From Octopus vulgaris (taxonomy: Eukaryota), in assembly GCA_951406725.2 (NCBI GenBank), contig OX597818.1, positions 44,950,001 through 45,014,000 of the forward strand: a DNA stretch of 64,000 nucleotides. The letters are read 5' to 3'. Position 1 is the stretch's first letter. Each line of letters starts with the position of its first letter. Shown here piece by piece: positions 40,050-53,295 of the stretch. The position numbers and the translations under genes are program-made. The notes under the pieces are model-generated. The model searched no databases. It was not told the origin of the DNA and saw nothing but the letters and a program-made list of their open reading frames with translations.

Positions 40050-40595
40050 TAACCAAAAGTGTACAGTCATGACTACAATGAGCTGAAATGGAGTTCCTCG
40101 GGAGGATCTCCGAAGTAACAGTATTTGAGAGGGTGCATAGCGGGAAATCAGAGAGTCTCTCCAGATTGAGCTGTTAATTCTGTGCATTGAGAGATCACAG
40201 CTCCAGTACGATGTGGCAGCAAGGAATCAAAAGATAGGTTCTTAAAGCTGAGTCAACTAGTAGGAGACATATGCAAAGTTACCTTCTGGAGTCATGCTGA
40301 CTCATAAGGGCTGGTTTTCCAGTTTCCATGGCATATAAATTCCCCACCTGAATGGGATGCTGATCCATCACAGGGTTATTTGTTTTCGCCAGCTGAGTGG
40401 ACTGGAACAATGTGACATGAAGTGTTTTGCTCAAGAACACAATGCGTTGCCCAGTCCAGGAATTGAAACCACAATCTTATGATTGTGAGTTCAACACCCT
40501 AACCACTAAACCATGTGCCTTTACAGGAGACCTACGGGTAGACTAACAATGAGATGGTTGGATATCTATAGTCTCAGTTAGTCATGCTTGAAAAT
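40050..40595 (+). mobile_element. Old RTE-like LINE 3' remnant interrupted by a family D SINE (about 40270-40523, minus strand)
   Basis: EIRESLQIELLILCIERSQLQ...RRPTGRLTMRWLD; aggagac duplicated on both sides of the SINE. Confidence 0.6.
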
Positions 40596-40599
40596 CCAG

Positions 40600-42290
40600 G
40601 CAAAAAGTTTAATGATGTTTCCTTCAGTTCTCTTTGGTCTCTACAGAGATGGTGCTCTGGCCATCTCTAGAGGAGCTAATGGGCATACCCTCGATAGGCT
40701 TAGGAAGGACCTAATTAACACCCTTAGCTCCATGGGGGATCAAGGCAAGAATCGAGACCAAGGTAAAAATTGAGATGTTACGTAAGACCTGAACATCTCT
40801 TCTAACAGACCCTACTGCAAACCAAACAAGAGGATGTCCTACATCAACACAGCCTCCTGCTACCCGCCTATCATGTTCAGAAACCTAGTGAATGGTTAGA
40901 GAATTTTGAACCTGTCCTCAAGTCAAGTGATTTTGACACTGCAGTCCCTTATTACAATTAAGCTCAGGCATTCAGTGTGTTTAAGGACTGCATCTCTTAT
41001 AAGCTGCAAAATAAAGTTCCACTATAATGCTGTTTGGCTTGCCCTACTCTTCTCCTTCAACATTAAAACTTATGGGGGAAGAATATTCCTTAGATTGGTG
41101 GACAAACACTTCACACAATCACACAAATATGGGCATTTGTTTAATAGGGACAACTCAAAGGTATCCTCCAGTTGCATGCCCAACATTAAGAAAACTTTAA
41201 TGATCACCCCTAAACCACAAGTAGAGGTAGGACGTTCATGTAGGGCATACAATAATCACTCAGTGGTGGGGTCGATGCAAAGCCAAGGGGGTCATGTATA
41301 AGACTGAGGTTGTAGCCAGCACTAGCAACCAGAGTAACAGCTTAAGCAGCAATGACATCCACTGACAACAACAACAATAACAACAACGGCATTGGTAATG
41401 CCAGTGGCCTGAGTAACAACCTAAGCAGTAATGATGCATCTGCTGACAACAGCAGCAATGACAAATAGTAGCAATGGCAGCAACAGCACATCAAGCAGCA
41501 GAGACAACAATTATGACAGTTATGATAGCAGCAGCAACACTGACATTGCGGCTGGAAATGGCTGGTATTGGCTGCTATGCCAGCAGCAACAGAACCACCA
41601 AAAATCATATCCAGTACTATCAGCACTGACAGCAACTTCAGCAACAACAATAACATTAGACTGAGTGCTAATAAAAGAAACATCAGTTGTGGTAGCACAT
41701 CCAATACGCAGACACAAAAACTTCAATACATCAACATCCCCATTTAAGCAATGTCTGAACAACCATAAGTCCTCTTTTAGGATACCAGAAAGGTGCAACA
41801 TCATGTTCCTGGCAGCCACATATGGTGCTTAAAGAGGAACGAACCCCATAATTAAATGGAAGCTCCTTGAACAATTGGAGACTTATATAAATGGGAGCAA
41901 ATGATGTGAGCTTTGCTTAGCAGAGAGGGCAAGAATCCTAAAAAAAACTCCCTCAGCATGAAGCCCCTGTTTAAACTTCAGGAAAGAAGTATATAGTCAA
42001 TGCCCACATCTAAAAGGTTTCCTACTACAAACATGGAATTTCCCATTCATCGAATAAGCCAACTACAATTCCTTTGAATATCACCATAGCTGGAGCGAAT
42101 GTAAGGAGGATAACATGTCTTGCTTGCAGCATGAACAAATATTTTATTTACAAAAGTAGCTGACCATGGTGTATTTCTTCCTCCAGTTGTAGAGAGGTTA
42201 TACACCTTTGGCCATTTGAGTCTGACGAGTTGCCTATGCTGCTAAACACTTCATCGGTGTGAAACTAATGGTCATTATGACTGGCCATAA
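40600..42290 (+). mobile_element. Decayed Penelope-like element: RT C-terminal half, GIY-YIG and a 3' hammerhead
   Basis: GLYRDGALA (= GLYRDDGLA RT motif), DRLRKDL, GRIFLRLVDKHF...LFNRDNSKVSSSCMPNI, KGVMYKTEV, PFKQCLNNHKSSF, IKWKLL, CELCLAE; many stops and frameshifts. Confidence 0.85.
42219..42276 (+). ncRNA. Type-I hammerhead ribozyme motif at the 3' end of the PLE
   Basis: agt-CTGACGA (42222-42228)...GAAA (42261-42264)-C-taatg-GTC-att. Core intact; stem II degenerate. Confidence 0.6.
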
Positions 42291-42370
42291 CATTTCACTT
42301 TCTAAAAAGATATACTACTGCTCTAATGGTTTATCGAGTAGTTCTTTTTCAGACAAATGAACTACTGATG

Positions 42371-42426
<56 letters not shown>

Positions 42427-42595
42427 ATACACACACACATACATATGTATATATAGTTCATAGACAGGAATCAGATATTCTCCATACAGAATTCACTCAG
42501 TAGTGTTCAAGAGATTTAAACTTGAGCAGCTATAAGTATTTAATATACTTTAGATATGAATCTGTCTAACTTGCTTGTCTCTACATTTACTTCTA

Positions 42596-42638
<43 letters not shown>

Positions 42639-42723
42639 AGAATTCACAAAAAACAAAAGACAAAGACAGGTGGTGTAGACAACAAACAGATGTATTAGTA
42701 TAATGCTTGGGAAGTGAAAAAGT

Positions 42724-42759
42724 CTTTAACGTTTCAAGCTGTCGCTCTTCCACAGAAAG
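42724..42759 (-). ncRNA. Minimal hammerhead-like motif with an A6-to-U core variant, within a ~200-bp repeat (42635-42837)
   Basis: cttt-CTGTGGA-a-GAGC-gaca-GCTT-GAAA-CGT-T-aaag; all three stems form and stem III is the palindrome ACGT. Confidence 0.6.
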
Positions 42760-42834
42760 GAACACAGAAAGAAACAAGGAGAGAAAATAAAGAGAGAAAA
42801 TAAAGAATGTGTAGTGGCTAGCAATCTATCATGG

Positions 42835-42867
<33 letters not shown>

Positions 42868-43719
42868 CAAACACATACATATATACTTATATATATACAA
42901 CATAAGAAAATGGAGGAATACACTTTAATTTGAGGTAAAACATTTTACCTTCGCCCATGTAATACAATAAATGAATTAATTGCATTGCAATTCTTAGCAT
43001 TTATGTATTAGCATTTCTGGGTGTTTTACTGGCAGTATATTGGATATATGTTATCCCATAGAGGGTTACACTCACAACCCCTATCTCACTTTGTACTTAT
43101 ATATAAAAATATATATGTATATGTACTTATATATAAAAATATATATGTACACTCACGGAGTGGTTGGCGTTAAGAAGGGCATCCAGCCGTAGAAACACTG
43201 CCAGATTTGACTGGGCCTGATGAAGCCTTCTGGCTTCACAGACCCCAGTAGAACCGTCCAACCCATGCTAGCATGGAAAACGGATGCTAAACGATGATGA
43301 TGATGATGATGATGATGATGATAAGAGAGAAAAACAAAGAAACTTAAATTTAAGAGAATCTTTATTAATCTCTATGATCATTTCAACCCATTGTACATCA
43401 CTCCTTCGCAGGTTGAGATGCCATGCAAACATTTGTGGTGCATCATTGGTGCAGTGGTGTCTCTTTGGGTGACTTATCAAAAGTTGCCTCATTTTTTAAT
43501 CTGTTTCACTTATTTCAATTAGAATACATTGTGGTGGTTGTCTGTAGCTACTCACAAACATGAGAAACACATGTTAAATCCTTACTGTTGATATCATCAG
43601 GGAGTCAAAAACTGTGAATGGGCTTTAAACGGCATACTACGAAGTGTATGTCAAATTTTAAACTATTACTTATACACATACATACATACGTATATACATA
43701 CATATGTACAGATGTGTAG

Positions 43720-43773
<54 letters not shown>

Positions 43774-43794
43774 GATAGATAGACAAATAGATAG

Positions 43795-44000
43795 ACATCA
43801 TCATCATCAATAGCAGCTGCAGCAGTAGCAGTTGTACTAGTGGTAGTTGTAGTGGTGGTAATGGTATTAGTGGTGGTGGTAGTGGTAGTAGTGGTGGTGG
43901 TAGTGGTAGTAGTTGTGGTGGTAGTAGTGGTGGTGGTAGTAGTAGTTGTGGTGGTCGGAGTGGTGGTAGTGGTGGTGGTGGTAGTAGTAGTAGTAGATAA
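43795..44000. repeat. (TAG/TGG)n compound trinucleotide repeat
   Basis: Seen directly; source of the poly-Val and poly-Pro ORFs. Confidence 0.9.
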
Positions 44001-44260
44001 TAGCTATACAATAGCGATGTCTATGGAAGGGATGGCAAAGTCATTTTCAGAATATGTAGAATATATTTGCAAGTGGGAATGGTAAAATTGTCAGTATATT
44101 CCACGTACATCAAGAGATCAGGATGAATATATTATTACAGTGAGTAGAAACCATGACAATATGTAATGATGTGAAGCAAATTATAACAACAATGATGTTC
44201 AATGGATTTCGGTTTTCTTGAAACTGAAAGAGAAAGAGTGTGAAATATTAAAATATTTAC

Positions 44261-44369
44261 CTGTCTTTCTTTAAATCTTTACTTGTTTTCCTAAATGTTG
44301 TTATCACAGAATCTAGTTCCTTTGAAAAATTTTCGTATACTACAGCAACTTGTTGTGCAAATTCAGCCA
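44261..44369 (-). CDS. Internal coding exon A of an F-BAR (FCH/EFC) domain protein: (x)AEFAQQVAVVYENFSKELDSVITTFRKTSKDLKKD(R)
   Basis: Minus strand reads tttttcttgtatttccag|TGGCTGAA...AAAGACAG|gtaaat. 109 nt, phase 1 in and phase 2 out, open frame, amphipathic helix; phase matches the exon at 30505. Confidence 0.88.
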
Positions 44370-44697
44370 CTGGAAATACAAGAAAAAATAAAAAAATAAA
44401 ATATATATATGTAATATTAAGATTTATTTATTCTTAATATTTTTTATTCATTTATTTAAAATATATTTTTATTACTATTATGTAAAAGAGAAAAAAAGAC
44501 AAACATACATAAATAAATATATATATATATATCATGACGCATATTTGCCATTTGAATATGGCTAACCCCTAAGGGTGGATGCTACTGTAGTTTGTAGCCC
44601 CAGGAAGATATCTCCTCCAGCTGGCTATAGACATACTATCTGTGTCCTCTCAGCATTTGTGAAGGGAAGTCATCCTCCCCGTCTTCAACTCATGATA

Positions 44698-44742
44698 CAC
44701 AAGGACTCGAGTTTCAAGGTGTTTACCTCTCATCAGCGTGTG
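44698..44742 (-). ncRNA. Canonical minimal type-I hammerhead ribozyme with a GUC site, within a ~250-bp repeat (about 44533-44780)
   Basis: cacacg-CTGATGA-GAGGT-aaac-ACCTT-GAAA-CTCGAG-TC-cttgtg. Complete core, 5-bp stem II, palindromic stem III ACTCGAGT, stem I with 5 of 6 pairs. Confidence 0.82.
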
Positions 44743-44819
44743 ACAATCATGGTTGTCGACGAGAAGTCAGCTCCCTTCACAAATACATATACTTTTTCCA
44801 TGCTGGCATATATAAGATA

Positions 44820-45527
44820 GTTGTGTGAAAAAGTGCCACACCCTAGCGGTTGAGGGAACCTGTGGAAGAGGTAGACCCAGGAAAACCTGGGATGAGGTGG
44901 TGAAGCACGACCTTCGAACTTTAGGTCTCACCGAGGAAATGACTAGAGACTGAGACCTTTGGAATTATGCTGTGCGTGAGAAGACTCGGCAGGACAAGTG
45001 AGACCATAACCCATGGCCTCAGTCCACCTATGCATAACTTTCCTTCTTGGGACACAAAACCCTACTTGTGAAGACCTGTTGAGGCAAGTGAAATCAAAAG
45101 CTAAATTGATCAACATCAATGGAAATTGTAGCTGTGATACCAGTGCCGGTGACACATAAGAGAACCATCCGAACATGGCCATGCCAGCGATGCCCCGACT
45201 GGCTTCCATGCCAGTGGCACGTAAAAAGCACCACCCGATCATGGCCATTGCCAGCCTCGCCTGGCCTCCGTGCCAGTGGCACGTAAAAAGCACCATCCAA
45301 CCGTGGCCGTTTGCCAGTCTCGTCTGGCACCTGTGCCGGCGGCACGTAAAAAGCACCCACTACACTCATGGAGTGGTTGGCGTTAGGAAGGGCATCCAGC
45401 CATAGAAACATTGCCAGATCAGACTGGGCCTGGTGCAGCCTTCTGGCTTCCCAGACCCCAGTTGCACCGTCCGACCCATGCCAGCATGGAAAACGGACGC
45501 TAAACAATGATGATGATGATGATGATA
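44820..45527 (+). mobile_element. RTE LINE 3' end: ORF C-terminus, repeat-containing 3' UTR and (GAT)n tail
   Basis: HTLAVEGTCGRGRPRKTWDEVVKHDLRTLGLTEEMTRD*DLW..AV is an RTE-type C-terminus, continuous with family B sequence. Confidence 0.88.
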
Positions 45528-45995
45528 TATCATCATCATCGTTTAACGTCCACTTTCCATGCTAGCATGGGTTGGACGATTTGACTGAGGTTTGGCGAAC
45601 CAGATGGCTGCACCTGGCTCCAATGAGATCTGGCAGAGTCTCTACAGCTGGATGCCCTTCCTAATGCCAACCACTCCAAGAATGTAGCAGGTGCTTTTAT
45701 GCGCCACTGGCATGAGGGCCAGTCAGGCGGTACTGGCAATGGCCATGCTCAAATGGTGCTTATGTGCCACTGCACAGGAGCCACTCCAGCGGCACTGGCA
45801 ATGACCTTGCTTGAATGTTTTTCACATGCCACCACACAAGTGCCAGTAAGACAACGCAGGTAATGATCATGCTCGAATGATGCTTTTTACATACCACCAG
45901 CATACGGAAGTCAGTTTGTTGCTGGCAACGATCACGCTCGGATGGTATTTTTAGCGCTCCACTAGCACTGATGCCAGTCATCGAATTTGATTTCG
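45528..45995 (-). mobile_element. Family B element, tail-to-tail with the preceding RTE copy
   Basis: Junction gatgatgat-atat-catcatcatc. Confidence 0.85.
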
Positions 45996-47851
45996 ATATA
46001 TATATATATATATATATACCTATGTGCCTGCATGTTTGTGTGTGTGATTCATGGTATAAATGGGAGAGATCTTAATATTCAAGAGCAAGTACATTCTGAG
46101 TTCAAATTCCACCAGTATGGGTGTATTTTTATGTGGCATTGGAGCAAGTGGTCTTTTACATGGTGCTGGCATGCTCCTTTGCGTGACACTAGCACAGCTG
46201 CTTTTTTATATGATGCCAGCATGGCTACTTTTCTATGTGACACTAGCTTGGGTGCTTTTTTTATGTGCAGAAATATACACATACAGGTAGAGAGAGAGAG
46301 AGAAGGAAGGGGAATGAGTGAAACATGAAATTTATCAACCCCGAAAGGATGTAAGGCAAAGCTGACCTCAGCAGAATTTGAATCTAGAACATACAACCAG
46401 ACAAAACACCACTAAGCATTTTCCCCAGCATACTAATCACTGTGCCAGCTCGCCACCTTAGAGTCAATACAAATATGATAAATTTAATTATGAATGTCAC
46501 CTGGTCTCTATCATTGATCGTTAATCAAAATAATGATGACAATAATTCCAACTCTTGTAAGAACTTCGGACGAACTTCGACTCCTTGTTAGTAGACAAAC
46601 AATCACCTAGGAGTTTAGAATCACTAGGACACAATTTGTCTTTTCTTAATCTGGATTTAACATAAACCTAATCCATAGTTGTATTAATGTTCTTCATTTG
46701 TATGTAACTCCTCCAAATGTAGAGTACATTTTTAAAGTACAAGGTACTTAGCACCATGAACATTACTTAGCATTTACACAAATGCATGTCGATAGCTGGA
46801 CATCAGATTTTAAAGAAAAATTACTGTCAGATTTGTGTAAAATACCCTGAGAAAATGGAAGAATACAGTTTCTTGGTTAAGAAAATTATATACAAAATAT
46901 TTATGGAGAAGTTAGCTCTCTTAACTTTTTCATGTTCTTTACCTTTCCTAATTTTTTTTACAGATTAAACTATCAAAGCTATCAATAAATGAAAGAGATT
47001 AACTCACATTTGATATTAGATCTACCATGTTTCGATATTGATTTAAGATTCACTCATTACTGTTGATTGAATGTCAGAATTCCATGTAAATTTTTGTGCT
47101 TAAAAATCAGTTGTGATTCAATATTGATTCAATATGATTATTGAACATTGATTAAATCAATGTTGAAATGACAACTGAGCTTTTAATGAATGGTTTCAAT
47201 TGGAGGAAATCAGAATTAATCTTCACTATGCCACTCAACACATCCATGCATAGATTATTTACTATAAGGAAATCTTCTAACTCATTAAGCATTTATAAAT
47301 ATTGCATTCTTCAGATTAATACACACACACACACTCACACATACATATATATACACACATACAAAAATGTATACATACACACATAAATACGTACACACAC
47401 ACACAAATGTGTTCATATACATAAATATGAACATATACACACATGTATACATGCAAATATGAGTACACACACACACACACACACATCCATATATATACTT
47501 ACATATACACATAGATTTATACACACACACACATACACACACACATAACACATACATACACAAGTGCACATATAAACGCACACGAACAAACAAGTATCTA
47601 TATGCTTTGGATTATAATATTTATACAGTTAATGTTAATATCCACTGAATGTTAAGAATAAATAAAAAATATTAGAAATCAATATAAATTTCTATTGAGA
47701 GCAGAGATTTAACAGAAATAGCATGGTAGTTGTCTAAAGGAATCACAATATTTAATTTTGGCCATCTATAATCTGAATATATATTCTGCAAGTGGTGAAC
47801 TTTAGTTTTCACCTGTCCAGGGTCAATAAAGTCCATTCATTCATTCAACTA

Positions 47852-48291
47852 TATGAAATTATTGTATACAGTGCTCAGTTGCACCACAACTTGTCAAAAG
47901 TGCGTATAAAGTATATGCAGTGATGTACAAATGTCTGGAAGGTGAACAGTGTATGATTTAGATACATGCTTGCATGTGTATGGAGGGGAGAAAATCAGGT
48001 GTAGTGTTGGCGAATCTCGGGAAGCATGGAAGTTTTGAAGGATGCAGTGCTCCGACAACTAACAACTGATGCTGGCAGTTTGTTTCATGCTTCAGCAACT
48101 CTTAGCGTGAAAAAATGTTTCCGAAAGTCATGGGAGTTATGCTGTTTTCTGACTTTGTAAACATGTCCACAGGTGTTAGACAGGTGGAGTTTGAAAAGGT
48201 GCTCAGAGTTATTGTTAGTAAGATGGTTAATAATTTTATGGGTGTCTGCCAAGTCAGCTGCTAGACATCGGAGTTTCAATGTATCCATGCC
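47852..48291 (-). mobile_element. CR1 LINE 3' fragment
   Basis: GMDTLKLRCLAADLADTHKII...HFFTLRVAEA*; sister of 24400-24925. Confidence 0.9.
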
Positions 48292-49842
48292 CACTATTTC
48301 CAGGAAAGTTGTTCTCATGACCCTCCGCCATAGGGTCCTACCAGAAGCAAATGTCATTAGACTTTCCAGCTAGATTCCTAAGTATGACCAACTGAATCTA
48401 TGGATTTTATCCAACCATTTCATTCTTGGTCTACCCTAGACCTTCTGCTGATTCAAGAATCTGTTTAGTAATTCTTTCTTGTAATATTCTAATGACATAG
48501 GTGGCAAACTGGCAGAATTGTTAGTATGCCGGGCAAAATGCTTAGCGGTATTTCATCTGCTGCTATGTTCTGATTTCAAATTCTGCCAAAATCGACTTTG
48601 CCTTTCATCCTTTCAGGGTCAATAAATTAAGTGCCAGTTGAGTACTGGAGTCAATGTGATTGACTGTCCCCCTCCCCACAAAATCCAGGCATTGTGCCTA
48701 TAGTACAATTTTATTTCATTATAATTTTGGGGGAGGGGGCCTGTCAATTAGATTGACTCCAAGTATGCTACTGGTTCTTAATTTATCAACCACAACAGGA
48801 TAAAGGGCAAAGTCGACCTCGGCAGAATTTGACAATGATTGTATATTACCAAAACAATGTCTTCTCTGCAGCATTACAAAATGCATGTTGTTCTTGTATT
48901 ATCACGAACAAAGCCCATATGCTATCTCTACAATGTTCCCTGGTACATCATAATATCTTTATACCACAATCACTGTCCCCTATTAATATGATTGTTGATG
49001 GTATCCAATAGGCACTATTACTACAGCAGTATCATGCTGTATTTGTACAGGTGATAAAATATTTTTGATCCAGTACATGGATATAATAATATACATCTTA
49101 TGTTCTGCTTGGTGTGTTTTCATAAAAGCAATCTGAGCTATTTTACTGGCCAGACAAAATTTCTTTGATTTTTCTGTTTATGTAGTTGCTATGACAACAG
49201 TACAAGTATTCAGTACTCTTTTATGCTGTTATAAGGCAAGTACAGCAATACTTGCTTTATTTAAGAGAGCAACAATCATTTGTGGACTTAAAGACAACCT
49301 GACAAGTTGTGTAGCTAAAGATTATTATAATGAAACAAAAATAATATTTTTTATTCTACTCTTATCGAAATGGATTTAAAATTAATTATGTTATTAATTT
49401 TAGAGGTTTAATATCTGATCAAACCAAAGCAAATTTAGGTATCACTGATCGAAATGAGATGAATGTGAGGCTTTGGTAAAATTTAATTTGTAGCACATAC
49501 TTTTTAATATGTATAATGTAGCAAAAAGATCTCCACATCTAGATAATAAATTCCATTTATGACAGTCATAGCAATTGAAATTGTGACCTAAAGACAGATC
49601 ACAGAATAAAGACAGGGACGAAACTATTGAAGAGACTGTTAGATTAATCAACAAATGTCAAGACAACACTTTTGATTATATTCTTATTAATTCCTTGGAA
49701 GTTGATTTAATTGGTTTCTGATGAGCTGCAAGGGAAATTGGTTTTGACTCTTATACAGAACACAATTCCTATCTATTGCCAGCAATGCCAGATATTAAGG
49801 TTTTTACCTGTAATTTATAAATATATGCTTCAGCATAACAAA

Positions 49843-49873
<31 letters not shown>

Positions 49874-50033
49874 TAACGCTTATAAATATATAATTTTACT
49901 TTCATCTGTACTGCATCAACCGAATGAAACTAGCATTAGTGATGTACAACAGGTAAAAATCAATCACTCAATCAATCGTTATCATCATCACCATTTAACA
50001 TCCATCTTCCATCAATATTATTATATATTGAAA

Positions 50034-50035
<2 letters not shown>

Positions 50036-50092
<57 letters not shown>

Positions 50093-50110
50093 TGTGTGTG
50101 TGTTTTTGTT

Positions 50111-50198
<88 letters not shown>
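50036..50198. repeat. (GT)n microsatellite
   Basis: Seen directly. Confidence 0.95.
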
Positions 50199-50199
<1 letters not shown>

Positions 50200-50567
50200 A
50201 TGCAGGCATGGCTTGCAACTCCCACTGCACAGCACCTTTTTTTTTTTTTGCTTTGCAATTCCCACTGCACAGTACCTTTTTGCTGATGGAAACTATGTGG
50301 AATCCCATGGTATTCCACATATCTACATAAATGTTGTGTGTCTTTGTGTTTGTGTCCCAACTGCTTGAAAACCAATGCTGGTTTGTCTGTGATATTGTTA
50401 CTTAGCAGTTGTTCAGCAAGAGAGATTGACTGACAGAAAATATACCAAACTGAAAAGATAAGTACTACAGTCAATTCTTTTGACTAAACCCTTCAAAGTG
50501 GGTCCCACTATGGTTGTAGTTCAATGAAAGAAACAAGTAAAAGATATAGATAAAAGATATACATAGT

Positions 50568-50734
50568 AGGGCGTAGGAGGGGCAGTGTGGTAAGTAGCTT
50601 GCTTGTGAACCATATGGTTCTGGGTTCTGTCCTATTGCATGGCACCTTGGGTAAGTGTTTTCTACTATAGCCTCGGGCCGACCAATGCCTTGTGAGTGGA
50701 TTTGGTAGAGGGAAACTGAAAGAAGCCCGTCGTA

Positions 50735-50816
<82 letters not shown>

Positions 50817-51317
50817 GGTGTGTATGTGTGTGTATACATTTGTGTGTCTGTGTTTGTCCCTCCAACATAGCTTGACAACCGATGCTGGTGTGTTTACATC
50901 CCCGTAACTTAGCGGTTCGGCAAAAGAGACCGATCGAATAAGTACTTGGCTTACAAAGAATAAGTCCTGGGGGCGATTTGCTTGATTAAAGGTAGTGCTC
51001 CAGCATGGCCACAGTCAAATGACTGAAACGAGTAAAAGAGTAAAAGAGAGTATAACAGGCACAGGAGTAGCTTGCTTACCAACCACATGGTTCCGGGTTC
51101 ATTCCCACTGAAAGAAGCCCATCGTATATATATGTATGTGTGTGTGTATGTGTGTATGTATATGTTTGTATGTCTGTGTTTGTTCCGCAAACATCGCTTG
51201 ACAACTGACAGAATAAGTGCTAAGCTTACAAAGAATAAGTCCTGGAATCGATTTGCTCAACTGAAGGCAGTGCTCCAACATGGCCACAGTCAAATGACTG
51301 AAACAAGTATAAAAGAA
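50568..51317 (+). mobile_element. Full family A SINE (50568-51050) followed by an internally deleted copy (51058-51317)
   Basis: Two heads and two tails in tandem. Confidence 0.8.
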
Positions 51318-52116
51318 CAAAGGAATAATAAAGACTACATTTCAAAGTTGCCTATCAGCAGCAAACTTCAAAAATACTATTGAACATAAGCAGAGACTGT
51401 GAAACTCTTTCAACCTTTAACTGAGGATTTTACAGCCAACTGAAGTCCATTTTAGAACTGTTCAGACTGAATAGGAATTTTATAATTCCTATTGAAATGA
51501 GAAATAATATTGTCAAATGTTGTGCACAGAATTCTCATCATACAGAATTAATATATGAAAACTTTGATATATAAATTCAACTCAACTTTAGCTTTTGTCA
51601 CATTAAAATTTCAGCCATAGTCAAACAATGTCAAAACACTTGACAGCCTAATCTGTTTTGTTGCAATTTAGAATATGATGTGAATATATTTGTATTAGAA
51701 AATCCAATCCACCAATAATATTATAAAGAAATATTGTAAATAGTTCTTAATACATACACACACACACACACTGAGAAATGCATACACAGAGAAACACACA
51801 CATACACCATGGTTTCTGTGTCCATTTTTCCATATTGACATCAACCATAAGGGATCTTTTGAAGTATGATTTATGATCTGATGTCCTTCATAATACCAAC
51901 CCATTTAGTCACTGCTTATGACACAGAAATACAGTGTACCTATTCTAACATCTAGAATGCACAATATGTCTGTCTGTCTGTCTGTCTGTCTGTCTGCCTA
52001 TCTATCTATCTATCCATCCATCTATCCATCTATCCATCCATCTATCTACCCATCCATCCATCCATCCATCCATCCATCCATCCATCCATCTCTCTCTCTC
52101 TCTCTTTATCTGTCTA

Positions 52117-53295
<1,179 letters not shown>

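Noticed and set aside
41895-41920. In-frame TGA next to CELC in the Penelope ORF as possible selenocysteine (Naiad selenoprotein)
   Set aside because: It falls at an Arg-like position (CGA-to-TGA decay) rather than a Cys position, in an element with many other lesions; no SECIS recognised.
46999-47099. Candidate first exon on the minus strand ending aat|gtgagt
   Set aside because: The only ATG frame (MVDLISN) ends in phase 0, which does not fit the phase-1 start of exon A; the phase-1 frame has no ATG after upstream stops.
50021-50368. Many poly-HT, CV and YI ORFs here and at 11908-12284, 28198-28696 and 59350-59710
   Set aside because: Translations of dinucleotide microsatellites.
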